A DNA stretch of 64,000 nt from Occultella glacieicola (GCF_004353825.1 NZ_SMNA01000008.1:62001-126000); one strand, 5' to 3'; positions 9,527 to 20,887 are shown, numbered from the stretch's first letter. Numbers and translations: made by a program. Notes: generated by a model from the sequence alone, not told the origin.

Positions 9527-10591
9527 CTAGCCGTCCTCCTCCTTCCCGGTCCGGTGCGGTTCGCCGACAGCTGGCCCAGGGGCAGTGCTGCCCCGGGCGA
9601 CCAGACGGGTGGCGAGTTCCTCACGCGGGGTGTGGCCGTCACCCACGATCGGGTCGGCACCACCACGCACCCGCAGCAGCATCCGCAGTGCCGCGGCGCC
9701 CATCTCGGCGACCGGTTGGCGGATCGTGGTCAGTTGCGGTGTCGTCCAGCGGGCCTCCGGGGCGTCGTCGTAGCCGATCACCGAGAGTTCCTCGGGCACC
9801 CGCACGCCGAGTCGCCGGGCCGCCTCGAGGGCGCCCAACGCCATGTTGTCCGAACAGGCGAACACGGCGCTCGGACGGTCCGGTCGCTCGAGCAGCCGGA
9901 TGGCCGCGGACACCGCGCCGACGTAGGCCCAGTCCGCATGCACCACGTCACACTCGCGCACCTGCAGTCCGTGCTCGCGCAGCACCGAGCCGAAGCCGTC
10001 CACCCGGGCCTGGCCGTACAGGTGGTTGGGCGCTCCGGCGATGACCCCGAGGTGTCGGTGCCCGAGGTCGACCAGGTGCTGGGCGGCGGCTCGGCCACCG
10101 GCCCAGTTGCCAGCGCCGACGCTCGGGACGTGCGCCGGGGGATCGGTGCGCGGGTCCATGATGACGACCGGGATCCTCGCGACCGCGAGCGCGGCGTACT
10201 GCTCGGACGTGGGTTCCACCAGGGCCAGCACCGCACCGCTCGAGCGTCGCGCGACCAGGCGCGCGGCCCAGTCCCGGTCGACGGCGGGGCGGGCGACCAT
10301 CACGACGACGTCGAGCCCGACGAGGTTCGCCGCGAACTCCACTCCGGACAACGCCCGGTTCGCCCAGGTGCCCTCGACCCCGCTGATCACCAGGTCGATG
10401 AGACCGCTCTCATCGTCGGCGCGCGCGGCCCCGTGCGCGCGGCGGCTGCGGTAGCCGGTCTCGGCGACGGCAGCAAGGACCCGGGCGCGGGTGGCGGCCG
10501 AGACATCGGTACGTCCGTTGAGCACCTTGGACGCCGTTGGCACGGTCACTCCGGCGCGCTCGGCCACATTGGCGAGGGTGACGGGGGACAC
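9527..10591 (-). CDS. LacI-family transcriptional regulator
   Basis: VTLANVAERAGVTVPTASKVLNG HTH; VPEELSVIGYDD, PQLTTIRQP. Confidence 0.95.
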   Translation of the reverse strand: MSPVTLANVAERAGVTVPTASKVLNGRTDVSAATRARVLAAVAETGYRSRRAHGAARADDESGLIDLVISGVEGTWANRALSGVEFAANLVGLDVVVMVARPAVDRDWAARLVARRSSGAVLALVEPTSEQYAALAVARIPVVIMDPRTDPPAHVPSVGAGNWAGGRAAAQHLVDLGHRHLGVIAGAPNHLYGQARVDGFGSVLREHGLQVRECDVVHADWAYVGAVSAAIRLLERPDRPSAVFACSDNMALGALEAARRLGVRVPEELSVIGYDDAPEARWTTPQLTTIRQPVAEMGAAALRMLLRVRGGADPIVGDGHTPREELATRLVARGSTAPGPAVGEPHRTGKEEDG

Positions 10592-10607
10592 ATTCCGGAG
10601 GCTAACA

Positions 10608-10704
10608 GTTGCGCAACGTGTTGCCTAGAGGTTCACCCTTGATGGTGAGAAATAGACATGGCATGCTTCCTGGGAGTCGAAGCGGATCGAAGAAGTTGCG
10701 CAAC
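10608..10704. promoter_or_regulatory. Two identical LacI-type operators GTTGCGCAAC
   Basis: Perfect 10-bp palindrome with central GC at 10608-10617 and 10695-10704 in the divergent lacI/thuA spacer. Confidence 0.75.
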
Positions 10705-10757
10705 AACCTGTCGCTCGGCGCGGACCGACAACCTCCAGGCAAGGACACGGATATCCC

Positions 10758-11456
10758 ATGGCAGACAGATCGGCCCTCATCGTCCGCGGCGGCTGGGACG
10801 GCCACCAACCCGTCGAGACCACGGACTCGGTCATCCCGTTCCTCCAGGCCAACGGCTACGAGGTTCGGGTGGAGGAGTCCCCGGCCGTCTACACCGACGC
10901 GGACTACCTCGCGGGCGTCGACCTGATCGTCCAGACGAACACCATGAACACGATCGAGCGCGAGGAGCTCGCCGGCCTCATCGCCGCCGTCCGGGCCGGC
11001 ACCGGGCTCGGCGGGTGGCACGGCGGGATCGCCGACTCCTACCGCAACAGCGCCGACTATCTGCACCTGATCGGCGGCCAGTTCGCGCACCATCCGCCGA
11101 AGGCGCCGAAGGACCAGTTGCCGGGTGAGCAGTCGGACAACTACGTGCCCCACACGATCGACATCGTGCCCGAGCGGGCCGACCATCCGATCGTCGCCGG
11201 GCTGACCGACTTCGATCTGGTCACCGAGCAGTACTGGGTCCTGACCGACGACTACAACGACGTCCTCGCCACCACCACGCTCGCCGCCCGCGACTTCGAC
11301 CCGTGGCACCGGCCGGTCACCACCCCTGCCGTGTGGACCCGCCAGTGGGGTGCCGGCCGCGTCTTCGTGTGCACCGCCGGGCACCGCCTCGAGGTCCTCG
11401 ACGATGAGAACGTACGCACCATCGTGGAACGGGGGCTGTTGTGGGCGAGCCGCTGA
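10758..11456 (+). CDS. ThuA-like (trehalose utilisation, GATase-like fold) protein
   Basis: GGWDGHQP, GGWHGG, GGQFAHHP, TEQYW, WGAGRVFVCTAGH. Confidence 0.8.
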   Translation: MADRSALIVRGGWDGHQPVETTDSVIPFLQANGYEVRVEESPAVYTDADYLAGVDLIVQTNTMNTIEREELAGLIAAVRAGTGLGGWHGGIADSYRNSADYLHLIGGQFAHHPPKAPKDQLPGEQSDNYVPHTIDIVPERADHPIVAGLTDFDLVTEQYWVLTDDYNDVLATTTLAARDFDPWHRPVTTPAVWTRQWGAGRVFVCTAGHRLEVLDDENVRTIVERGLLWASR

Positions 11457-12538
11457 ACGTCGGCATCATCGGGGTCGGCAACATCTCCGGCCAGTACTTC
11501 GAGGCGCTCACGCGGCTGCCCGGACTGCGCCTGGTCGCCGTCGCGGACGCCGACGCCGACCGGGCCCGCTCGGTCGCCGCCGAACGCGGGGTGCGGGCGG
11601 TGTCCGTGGACGAACTGCTGGCCGACGGCGGAACCGACGCGGTCCTGAACCTCACCATCCCGGCGGCGCACGCCGACGTCGCGCTGCGCGCGCTCGAGGC
11701 GGGTAAGCACGTCTACGGCGAGAAGCCGTTGGCACTCTCGGTCGCACAGGCCCGGCCGGTGCTGGCGGCGGCCGCCGAACGCGGCCTGCGGGTCGGGTGC
11801 GCGCCGGACACGGTGCTCGGCACCGGCATCCAGACGGCGAGGCAGGTGCTCGACAGCGGCGGCATCGGCGACCCGGTCGGCGCCCATGTGCACTGGAGTG
11901 CCCCCGGGCACGAGCGCTGGCACCCGGCCCCGCACTTCTACTACCAGCCGGGCGCCGGGCCGCTGTTCGACATGGGCCCGTACTACCTCACCAGCCTGGT
12001 CACCCTCCTCGGGCCGGTGGTCCGGGTCTCGGGCACGGCGACGGCGTCCGGCCGGGAGCGGTCCGTCGCCACCGGCCCACTGGCCGGTTCCGCGATCGAC
12101 GTGGACGTCGCCACCCACGTGAGCGCGCTCCTGGAGCACGCCGACGGCGTCACCTCCACGGTGACCGTGAGCTTCGAGGTGTGGGCCACCCGGGCCCCGC
12201 TGTTCGAGGTGTACGGCACGGCCGGGACGATCGCCGTGCCGGACCCGAACCGGTTCTCCGAGCCGGTCGAGGTGTACACCCCGGACGCCCCGGAGTGGTC
12301 GCCGGTGCCGGTGTCCGCCGGCTACGCCGACGCCGGCCGTGGCTACGGTCTCGCGGACCTGGCCCGGGCGCTGGAGACCGGCCGCCCGCACCGGGCCGGC
12401 GGTGACCTCGCGCTGCACGTGCTGGACATCATGGAGTCGATCCTGGTGGCCGCGGACTCCCACCGGGTGGTGGATCTCGCCACCACCGTCGACCGCCCCG
12501 AACCCGTGCCGGCGGGCGCTGCTCCGGACACCTGGTAG
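11441..12538 (+). CDS. Gfo/Idh/MocA-family NAD(P) oxidoreductase
   Basis: GIIGVGNIS, GKHVYGEKP, GPLFDMGPYY. Confidence 0.92.
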   Translation: MGEPLNVGIIGVGNISGQYFEALTRLPGLRLVAVADADADRARSVAAERGVRAVSVDELLADGGTDAVLNLTIPAAHADVALRALEAGKHVYGEKPLALSVAQARPVLAAAAERGLRVGCAPDTVLGTGIQTARQVLDSGGIGDPVGAHVHWSAPGHERWHPAPHFYYQPGAGPLFDMGPYYLTSLVTLLGPVVRVSGTATASGRERSVATGPLAGSAIDVDVATHVSALLEHADGVTSTVTVSFEVWATRAPLFEVYGTAGTIAVPDPNRFSEPVEVYTPDAPEWSPVPVSAGYADAGRGYGLADLARALETGRPHRAGGDLALHVLDIMESILVAADSHRVVDLATTVDRPEPVPAGAAPDTW

Positions 12539-12607
12539 TCGCCACGAGCACGACGCCGGGCGGAGGATCACGACTCGCTCGGCGTGTCGGGAGCCAGGAA
12601 CTTCGGA

Positions 12608-12623
12608 TCGAACGGCCGTTCGT
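12608..12623. promoter_or_regulatory. LexA (SOS) box upstream of recA
   Basis: TCGAAC-GGCC-GTTCGT versus actinobacterial consensus TCGAAC-N4-GTTCGA. Confidence 0.8.
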
Positions 12624-12689
12624 CTAGGGTTGTGGACAGGTGAGGGACGGAACCGTGTCATCCACAGCCAGTGGGTGTTCGGAACCGGA

Positions 12690-12711
12690 TGTCGGTGGTC
12701 GGACATAGCCT
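12690..12711 (+). promoter_or_regulatory. PafBC-type (RecA-independent DNA-damage) promoter of recA
   Basis: TGTCGG-N10-TAGCCT matches TGTCGG-N10-TAnnnT. Confidence 0.8.
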
Positions 12712-12824
12712 TCGTCGCAGGTTGCCGCCCGGAGAGGGCGGGTCCCTGAACAGACCAGCCCTGGTCCGAACATGCGGTGGAGCTCAGCGAGCATCTGCCC
12801 GAGACGAAAAGTGAAGGTGACACC

Positions 12825-13874
12825 ATGGCTGCACCCGTTGCAGACCGCAGCAAGGCCCTCGAGGCCGCCCTCGGCCAGATCGACCGCGCATTCGGCAAGG
12901 GATCGGTGATGCGCCTCGGCGACGACACCCGCCCGCCGGTCGCCGTGATCCCCACCGGTTCCATCGCGCTCGATGTCGCGCTCGGTATCGGTGGCCTGCC
13001 CCGTGGCCGTATCGTCGAGATCTACGGTCCCGAATCGTCGGGAAAGACGACCGTGGCGCTGCACGCGGTGGCCAACGCCCAGAAGGCCGGCGGGATCGCC
13101 GCGTTCATCGACGCCGAGCACGCCCTGGACCCGGAGTACGCGAAGAAGCTCGGCGTGGACACCGACGCACTGCTGGTCTCGCAGCCGGACACCGGCGAGC
13201 AGGCGCTCGAGATCATGGACATGCTGATCCGCTCCGGTGCCCTGGACATCGTGGTCATCGACTCCGTCGCCGCGCTCGTGCCGAAGGCCGAGATCGAGGG
13301 CGAGATGGGGGACAGCCACGTGGGCCTGCAGGCCCGGCTGATGTCCCAGGCGCTGCGCAAGATCACCGGTGCCCTGAACGCCTCCGGTACCACCGCGATC
13401 TTCATCAACCAGCTCCGCGAGAAGATCGGCGTGTTCTTCGGAAGTCCTGAGACGACCACCGGTGGCAAGGCGCTGAAGTTCTACGCCTCGGTCCGCATCG
13501 ACGTGCGGCGTATCGAGACCCTCAAGGAGGGCACCGACGCGGTCGCCAACCGCACCCGCGCGAAGGTCGTCAAGAACAAGATGGCCCCGCCGTTCAAGCA
13601 GGCCGAGTTCGACATCGTCTACGGGGTCGGCATCTCCCGCGAGGGCAGCCTGATCGACCTCGGCGTGGAGCACGGCATCGTCCGCAAGTCCGGTGCCTGG
13701 TACACCTACGAGGGTGACCAGCTCGGGCAGGGCAAGGAGAACTCCCGCCGGTTCCTCAAGGACAACCCCGAGCTGGCCGAGGAGATCGAGAAGAAGATCA
13801 TGACGAAGCTCGGCATCGGCAAGCCGCTCGAGGCCGTGCCGGGCGCCGCGGCGGGCGACGCCGTCGACTTCTGA
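12825..13874 (+). CDS. recA: Recombinase RecA
   Basis: [25 protein letters not shown]; no intein. Confidence 0.99.
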   Translation: MAAPVADRSKALEAALGQIDRAFGKGSVMRLGDDTRPPVAVIPTGSIALDVALGIGGLPRGRIVEIYGPESSGKTTVALHAVANAQKAGGIAAFIDAEHALDPEYAKKLGVDTDALLVSQPDTGEQALEIMDMLIRSGALDIVVIDSVAALVPKAEIEGEMGDSHVGLQARLMSQALRKITGALNASGTTAIFINQLREKIGVFFGSPETTTGGKALKFYASVRIDVRRIETLKEGTDAVANRTRAKVVKNKMAPPFKQAEFDIVYGVGISREGSLIDLGVEHGIVRKSGAWYTYEGDQLGQGKENSRRFLKDNPELAEEIEKKIMTKLGIGKPLEAVPGAAAGDAVDF

Positions 13875-13888
13875 ACGGTCCACGGCCG

Positions 13889-14464
13889 ATGGGCTTCGCA
13901 CAGCAACGTTCCGGCGGCCGGGGGAGTGAACCCCCGGCCACCGGAGCCGCAGCCGTCGACTCAGAACCCGATCAGGAGTCCGTCGCACGCAACATCGCGC
14001 TGCGGCTCCTGACCCACTCGCCACGCTCCCGCGCCCAACTCGAGGAGGCGATGGCGAGGAAGGACGTGCCGGCCGAGGTCGCTGCCAAGATCCTCGACCG
14101 GTTCGAGGAGGTCGGGCTTGTCAACGACGTCGAGTACGCCGAGATGCTCGTGCGCACCCGGCGAAGCGAGCGTGGGCTGGCCCGCCGGGCCCTGGCCACC
14201 GAATTGCACCGCAAGGGCGTGGACCGGGAGATCGCCGAAGAGGCGCTCGCGGCCGTCGACCCCGAGGACGAGGAGGCCACGGCGCGGGACCTGGTCCGTC
14301 GCAAGGCCCGCTCCAGCGCCGGCCTGGACCATGAGAAGCGCCGGCGACGTCTCGTCGGCATGCTCGCCCGGAAGGGCTACTCACCCTCCGTGGCGCTGCG
14401 GGTCGTGGACGAGGTGCTTGCCGAGGAGGACGACGACGCTCATGACAGGGCCGGCGGCCTCTGA
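13889..14464 (+). CDS. recX: Regulatory protein RecX
   Basis: Directly after recA; ALRLLTHSPRSR, GMLARKGY. Confidence 0.93.
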   Translation: MGFAQQRSGGRGSEPPATGAAAVDSEPDQESVARNIALRLLTHSPRSRAQLEEAMARKDVPAEVAAKILDRFEEVGLVNDVEYAEMLVRTRRSERGLARRALATELHRKGVDREIAEEALAAVDPEDEEATARDLVRRKARSSAGLDHEKRRRRLVGMLARKGYSPSVALRVVDEVLAEEDDDAHDRAGGL

Positions 14465-14645
14465 CTGATGACCGACGCCACTGGTGGAGTCTCTCGGGCG
14501 GGTCGGGCGCGGGCTCCTTCAGCGGGGACTTGACGACGAGCTGCCGGCCCGTGCATCAGCCGATCGCGTCGTCGAGGCTGGCGACGGAGATTGACCTGAA
14601 CCGAACTCGTACCTCGCGGCACGAACGGCGGCCGTCAGCCGGTCG

Positions 14646-15533
14646 CTACTTGGTGCCGCCCACGGCGGGCACCGTGACGGCGTTCGGGGGCGCTGGGTTC
14701 GCGCGGGCCCTTCCGGACGTCCGGCCACCGACCCGGCGGGCCACGAGTTCGGCGATCCGCGACAGGATGAAGTTCAGAACGATGAAGATCACCGCGGCCA
14801 TGAACAACGTCTGCAGGATCGGGAACGGCGCGTCGCTGCCGAGCAGTCGCGCGGCCCGCAGTAGCTCGGTGTAGGTGATCAGGGCACCGAGCGCGGAGTC
14901 CTTGAGGATCACCACGAACTGGCTCACCAGAGAAGGGAGCATTGCGATCAGAGCCTGCGGCAACTCGATGAACCGGATGGACTTTCCGCGGGTCATCCCG
15001 ATAGCCAGCCCGGCCTCCCGCTGTCCCTTCGGCAGCCCGTAGACCCCGGAACGCACCAGTTCGGCGATCACGGAACCGTTGTAGAGCGTCAAGCCGATGA
15101 CGACGGCGATCAGCGGATTCGTTTCGGGTGTGGTCAATCCGAGACGCGGGAGCATCGCGTAGAGCGCGAACATCATGATGAGCACCGGAACCGCGCGGAA
15201 GAACTCCACCACCGCTCCGCAGAACCAGCGCACGACCCGGTTCGAGGCGAGCCGGCCGACACCGAAGAGCAGGCCGAAGACCATGGCCAGGACGATCGAG
15301 TAGGCGGCGGCGATCAGTGTGTTCTGCAGACCCGGCAAGAAGTAGTACTGCCACGAGCGCGCTTCGATGAGCGGCTTCCAGAGCTCCGCTGCGAACTGGC
15401 CCTTGCTCGCCATCTGGGCGACGACGAAGGCGCCGATACCGATGACGACTACGGCGCCGACGATGTTGCCGATCATCTGGTTGCGTCGCGCCCTGGGCCC
15501 CGGCGCGTCGAACAGGACGGAGTGGGAACTCAC
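14646..15533 (-). CDS. gluD: Glutamate ABC transporter permease
   Basis: SVLFDAPGPRAR start, GQREAGLAIG, ILKDSALG; GTGA overlap with gluC. Confidence 0.85.
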   Translation of the reverse strand: MSSHSVLFDAPGPRARRNQMIGNIVGAVVVIGIGAFVVAQMASKGQFAAELWKPLIEARSWQYYFLPGLQNTLIAAAYSIVLAMVFGLLFGVGRLASNRVVRWFCGAVVEFFRAVPVLIMMFALYAMLPRLGLTTPETNPLIAVVIGLTLYNGSVIAELVRSGVYGLPKGQREAGLAIGMTRGKSIRFIELPQALIAMLPSLVSQFVVILKDSALGALITYTELLRAARLLGSDAPFPILQTLFMAAVIFIVLNFILSRIAELVARRVGGRTSGRARANPAPPNAVTVPAVGGTK

Positions 15534-16210
15534 CGGCTCACCGCCAGACGCTGGGAGAGGTAGGTCACGGCGAGGCCGACCGGGATCACGATGATCACGA
15601 ACCCGGCAGCGATCGTCAGGAAGATCGGGAGCACGTAGTTTCCGTTCTGGTCGAGCATCTCCTTCATCAGGATGGAAACCTCTGGAACCGAGGCCGCCGC
15701 CGCCACGGTCGTGTTCTTGACCAGCGCGATGAGCGTGTTGCCCAGGGGGGCGACCGCGCCGCGGAAGGCCTGGGGCAGGATGACGAGGCGGGCGGCGGAC
15801 AGGAACGGCAGCCCGATCGCACGGGCAGCCTCGGCCTGGCCCAGGGGGACCGTGTTGATCCCCGACCGCAGGGCCTCGCACATGAAGGAGGCGTGATACA
15901 CGCTGAGGGCGACCACGGCGAGCCAGAAGAAGTTGATGGAGAAGGTCTCCGAGAACTGGACGCCGAGCACCGGCCAGAGCACGAGCACCGCGAAGACCAC
16001 GATGATCGTGAGAGGCGTGTTGCGCACGAGCGTCACGTACGTCGTCCCTGCGAAGCGGAGCGAGGAGACCGGCGCGATCCGCATCATCGCCAGGATGGTG
16101 CCGATGATCAGGGAGAAGATCGCCGCGAAGAACGTCAGACTCAGGTTGATCCAGTACGCGCCCAGAATGTCGTAGTTCGAGAGCACCTCAAGGAAGTCAC
16201 TCAACGGCAC
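15530..16210 (-). CDS. gluC: Glutamate ABC transporter permease
   Basis: VRNTPL, GQAEAARAIG, LVKNTTVAA. Confidence 0.85.
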   Translation of the reverse strand: MPLSDFLEVLSNYDILGAYWINLSLTFFAAIFSLIIGTILAMMRIAPVSSLRFAGTTYVTLVRNTPLTIIVVFAVLVLWPVLGVQFSETFSINFFWLAVVALSVYHASFMCEALRSGINTVPLGQAEAARAIGLPFLSAARLVILPQAFRGAVAPLGNTLIALVKNTTVAAAASVPEVSILMKEMLDQNGNYVLPIFLTIAAGFVIIVIPVGLAVTYLSQRLAVSR

Positions 16211-16284
16211 GCCTCCTTCGGGTGTCGTTCGGGGCCGATCGGCCGCTCACCGGGCAGGGCGCAGACCGGGTGCCGGTGCGCCGC

Positions 16285-16321
16285 GATCGGTGGGGCGGAC
16301 CCGTCATCCGCCCCACCGATC
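16285..16321 (-). terminator. Intercistronic hairpin after gluB
   Basis: GATCGGTGGGGCGGA...TCCGCCCCACCGATC, 15-bp stem. Confidence 0.65.
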
Positions 16322-16327
16322 TTGGGT

Positions 16328-17212
16328 TCAGGACGCGCACTCCCGCAGCGTCGGCGGGTTGAGGTCCGCGTTCGGGGTGTACCCGGTGCCCTCGGTGTTG
16401 TCCGTGATGAACTGTTCCCAACTGCCGTCGTCGAACATGGCCTGGATGGCCTCGTTGATCGCCTCACACTGGTCCGAGCCCGGGGGCAGGCCGACACCGT
16501 AGTTCTCCTCGGAGAACGGGTTGCCCACCACCGTCATGGATCCACTGCCCTCGGCGGCGGCGAGGCCGGCGAGGATGATGTCGTCGGTGGTCACCGCATC
16601 CACCTGTCCACCGATCAGGTACTGGATGCACTCCGAGTACCCGGGCTGCTCGATCAGCTGCACCTGGTCGGCGAAGTCGTCCTTGATCCGCTGGGCGGAG
16701 GTCGAACCGGAGACCGAACAGAGGTTCTTGCCGTTCAGGTCCTCCGGCCCGGTGATCTCGGTCTCGTCGGCACGCACCAGCAGGTCCTGACCGGCGACGA
16801 AGTACGGGCCGGCGAAGTCGACGACCTCGTCACGGGAGTCCGTGATCGAGTAGGTCGCGAAGATCATGTCGACCTGACCTCCCTCGAGCATCGTCTCGCG
16901 GTTCGCGGAGACGGCCTCGACCCACTCGATCTGGTCGGGGCTGTAGCCGAGCTCCCCGGCCACATAGGTCGCGACGTCCACGTCGAAGCCGGTGTACTCG
17001 GCGCCGTCCTGGAAGCCCAGCCCGGGCTGGTCGAACTTGATGCCGATCCGGATCGTGTCGCCGCCACCGTCACCGGCGTCGGCCCCATCGGTGGTCTCGG
17101 CGCCGGTGTCCCCGCCGGCGTCGTCGGGGTCGCCCGCGTCGGCCTGGCAGGCGCCCAGGGTGAGGGCGCCGATCGCTGCCATCGCGGCAATCGCCACTCG
17201 CGTTCTCTTCAT
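16328..17212 (-). CDS. gluB: Glutamate ABC substrate-binding lipoprotein
   Basis: Lipobox LGAC; IGIKFDQPGLG, ATYSITD, FAGPYFVAGQ. Confidence 0.9.
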   Translation of the reverse strand: MKRTRVAIAAMAAIGALTLGACQADAGDPDDAGGDTGAETTDGADAGDGGGDTIRIGIKFDQPGLGFQDGAEYTGFDVDVATYVAGELGYSPDQIEWVEAVSANRETMLEGGQVDMIFATYSITDSRDEVVDFAGPYFVAGQDLLVRADETEITGPEDLNGKNLCSVSGSTSAQRIKDDFADQVQLIEQPGYSECIQYLIGGQVDAVTTDDIILAGLAAAEGSGSMTVVGNPFSEENYGVGLPPGSDQCEAINEAIQAMFDDGSWEQFITDNTEGTGYTPNADLNPPTLRECAS

Positions 17213-17261
17213 CGTTGTCTCCTTGTGGTTGGCAACTGTTGTGGTCGGGTTATCGGCCGGG

Positions 17262-18062
<801 letters not shown>

Positions 18063-18202
18063 GGGTGCAACCTAGTCGCTCAATGTTTCGCTGGCGACGC
18101 AGCAGGGGTAACAGTGCGGACACGATCGGCTCATCCAGCCGTGCTACCCGCCCTCGGCGCACCCGGAACTGGCCCGGCAGAACCGCCGTAGAATCAACGA
18201 TC

Positions 18203-19759
18203 GTGACCGCTGAACTGACCCACCCACGCACCTATGTGGTGCGCACCCTCGGCTGCCAGATGAATGTCCACGACTCCGAGCGCATGTCCGGCCTGCTCGA
18301 GGACGCCGGGTACGTCAGCGCCGAGACCGCCGGCACCGGGTCCCTCATGGCACAGGCCGACGGTGCCGACGTCGTGGTCATCAACACCTGCGCCGTGCGC
18401 GAGAACGCCTCGGATCGGCTCTACGGCAACCTCGGCCAGCTCGCCTCCCTCAAGCGGGACCGGCCCGGCCTGCAGATCGCCGTCGGCGGGTGCCTGGCCC
18501 AGCAGGACCGGGCCGGCATCGTGGCCCGGGCGCCCTGGGTGGACGTGGTGTTCGGCACCCACAACCTCGACGTCCTCCCGGCACTGCTGGAACGGGCCCG
18601 GCACAATGACGAGGCGCAGGTCGAGATCGAGGAGTCGCTCAAGGTCTTCCCCTCGACGTTGCCGACCCGGCGGGAGAGCGCCTACGCGGCGTGGGTGTCG
18701 ATCTCGGTCGGCTGCAACAACACCTGCACGTTCTGCATCGTCCCGCACCTGCGCGGCAAGGAGCGCGACCGCAGGCCCGGCGACGTGCTCGCCGAGGTCG
18801 GGGCCGTCGTCGCCGAGGGCGCGCTCGAAGTGACCCTGCTCGGCCAGAACGTCAACTCCTACGGCGTCGGGTTCGGCGACCGCGGCGCGTTCGCGAAGCT
18901 CCTGCGTGCGTGTGGCCGGATCGAGGGCCTGGAGCGGGTCCGGTTCACCTCTCCGCACCCGGCTGCGTTCACCGACGACGTCATCGACGCCATGGCGGAC
19001 ACCCCGAACATCATGCCCTCGCTGCACATGCCGCTGCAGTCAGGCTCCGACGCCATCCTGCGGGCGATGCGCCGCTCCTACCGCAGCGAGCGGTTCCTCG
19101 GCATCCTCGAGCGGGTCCGGGACCGGATGCCGGAGGCGGCGATCACCACGGACATCATCGTCGGATTCCCCGGTGAGACCGAGGCGGACTTCCGGGCCAC
19201 CCTCGACGTGGTCGAGGCTTCGCGGTTCGCCAGCGCGTTCACGTTCCAGTACTCCCAGCGGCCCGGCACTCCCGCCGCGGACCTGCCCGACCAGGTGCCC
19301 GCCGACGTGGTGGCCGAGCGTTACGGCCGCCTCCAAGCGCTGCAGGAGCGGATCTCCGCCGAGGAGAACGCCGCCCAGGTCGGGCGCACCGTCGAGGTGC
19401 TCCTCGCAGAGTCCGAGGGCCGCAAGGACGTCGCCACCCGTCGCCTGAGCGGCCGGGCAGCGGACAACCGGCTGGTGCACGTCGGCGTGCCCGACGGCGT
19501 CGCGAACCTTCCCGAGGACGCCCGCCCCAGGCCGGGTGACCTGGTCACGGCGGTGGTCACCGACTCCGCGCCGCACCACCTGCTCGCGGACTCCGGCCTC
19601 GCCGGAGGCCGCTTCGAGGTGCGCCGGACCCGGTCCGGCGACGCTTGGGCGGCGCGCCGACGCGCCGCCGCTACCGCGGCGAGCAACACGACGGGTGAGC
19701 CGGCGACGTCGGCGAGCCGCGCCGTCGGGCTCGGCATGCCCACGGTGCGCCGCGCCTGA
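18203..19759 (+). CDS. miaB: tRNA-i6A37 methylthiotransferase
   Basis: [21 protein letters not shown], radical [15 protein letters not shown] domain. Confidence 0.97.
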   Translation: MTAELTHPRTYVVRTLGCQMNVHDSERMSGLLEDAGYVSAETAGTGSLMAQADGADVVVINTCAVRENASDRLYGNLGQLASLKRDRPGLQIAVGGCLAQQDRAGIVARAPWVDVVFGTHNLDVLPALLERARHNDEAQVEIEESLKVFPSTLPTRRESAYAAWVSISVGCNNTCTFCIVPHLRGKERDRRPGDVLAEVGAVVAEGALEVTLLGQNVNSYGVGFGDRGAFAKLLRACGRIEGLERVRFTSPHPAAFTDDVIDAMADTPNIMPSLHMPLQSGSDAILRAMRRSYRSERFLGILERVRDRMPEAAITTDIIVGFPGETEADFRATLDVVEASRFASAFTFQYSQRPGTPAADLPDQVPADVVAERYGRLQALQERISAEENAAQVGRTVEVLLAESEGRKDVATRRLSGRAADNRLVHVGVPDGVANLPEDARPRPGDLVTAVVTDSAPHHLLADSGLAGGRFEVRRTRSGDAWAARRRAAATAASNTTGEPATSASRAVGLGMPTVRRA

Positions 19760-19774
19760 CCAGGCGAGGCCGAC

Positions 19775-20221
19775 TCAGGAGCCGAACGCGGCCGTCAGCG
19801 CCCGCAGGCATTGCCCGGACGTGGCCAGCCCGAGGTTGACCGCCTCCGCGAACTGTTCGTCGGTGGCACCGCCGCTGAAGTCGGCGACGTAGAGGGTACG
19901 GACCGTGAGCCGGTCCTCGGCGTCCGAGGACCAGAACACGGTGGGCCAGATGTGCTCGCGGTGCCAGTCGTTGGCGAAGCCGATCAGGTCGGACTCCCGG
20001 GCAGCCGTGATCGGGTGCGCGAACGAACCCCGGACCTGGAGCACGCTCACCTCACCGACCCGGATCGCGAGCTCGAACGGGTACGCTCCCCAGACGCCGC
20101 GTAGCCCGTTGCGGCCGACCGGGGTGACCGCGAAACCCTGTGCCTGGGCGAACGCCCGCAACCGTCCGATGCTGATCGGGTACGGCCAGTCGGAGGCGGG
20201 CAGGTCGGCCGGGGAACTCAT
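19775..20221 (-). CDS. YbjN-like (T3SS chaperone fold) protein
   Basis: LQVRG...FANDWHREHIWPTVFW...DFSGGATDEQ. Confidence 0.7.
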   Translation of the reverse strand: MSSPADLPASDWPYPISIGRLRAFAQAQGFAVTPVGRNGLRGVWGAYPFELAIRVGEVSVLQVRGSFAHPITAARESDLIGFANDWHREHIWPTVFWSSDAEDRLTVRTLYVADFSGGATDEQFAEAVNLGLATSGQCLRALTAAFGS

Positions 20222-20730
20222 GCCAGTCCGCCCGGGGCCTGCAGCACGGGGTCGGGATAGCGGTCGTCCAACTCGGCGAACACCGCGAGGGCGGTGGTGA
20301 TGGCGGCCCGGATCGCCCGGCCGAGCTGGTGCTCGGACAGCCCCGCCCGCAGCGGGGTGGCGGACTCGGCGCAGAACCGCATGGTGCCGTCGTCATGCAC
20401 GAGCAGGAAACACTTCGGCCAGAGGGTGCGGGCGTGGCGGGCGTTGACGAAGTCCATCAGCTCGGCGCGGCGCTCGATCGTGATCCGCCGGTTCCACTGC
20501 GCGCGGATCTGCAGCACTTCGTTCGCACCCGCCAACGCGACCGTGAACACGTGCCCGTTCCAGAGTCCACCGAGGTGGGAGTCGTCGGAGACGAAGAACT
20601 TCTGGTCATGCTCGCGCAGCCACGCCTTGAGCCGGTCCCGGTCGACCGGGAGGACGTCCTCCGAGAGCGCCGCCTCGGAGCCCGCGGCGTCATCGGCGGG
20701 ATCCGGCTGAGCGTGATCGGAGGCTGCCAT
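20218..20730 (-). CDS. YbjN-like protein
   Basis: LQIRAQW...NARHARTLWPKCF...GLSEHQL; ATGA-coupled to the paralog. Confidence 0.7.
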   Translation of the reverse strand: MAASDHAQPDPADDAAGSEAALSEDVLPVDRDRLKAWLREHDQKFFVSDDSHLGGLWNGHVFTVALAGANEVLQIRAQWNRRITIERRAELMDFVNARHARTLWPKCFLLVHDDGTMRFCAESATPLRAGLSEHQLGRAIRAAITTALAVFAELDDRYPDPVLQAPGGLA

Positions 20731-20887
20731 CGCGTCCAGTCTAGGTCGCCCCCGACCCGACCCACTCTCCCCGCCGAGATCGGACCCACTGCCTCGAGGT
20801 CGCCGGTCCCCAGGTCCGATCGCGAGGCGCCAGGCGCGAGGCGACCGGGGGCGAGCCGGGGTCGATCGAGCCGGTAGGTTGCCTCAC

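Noticed and set aside
12825..13874. Intein in recA
   Set aside because: Length (349 aa) and motifs are continuous
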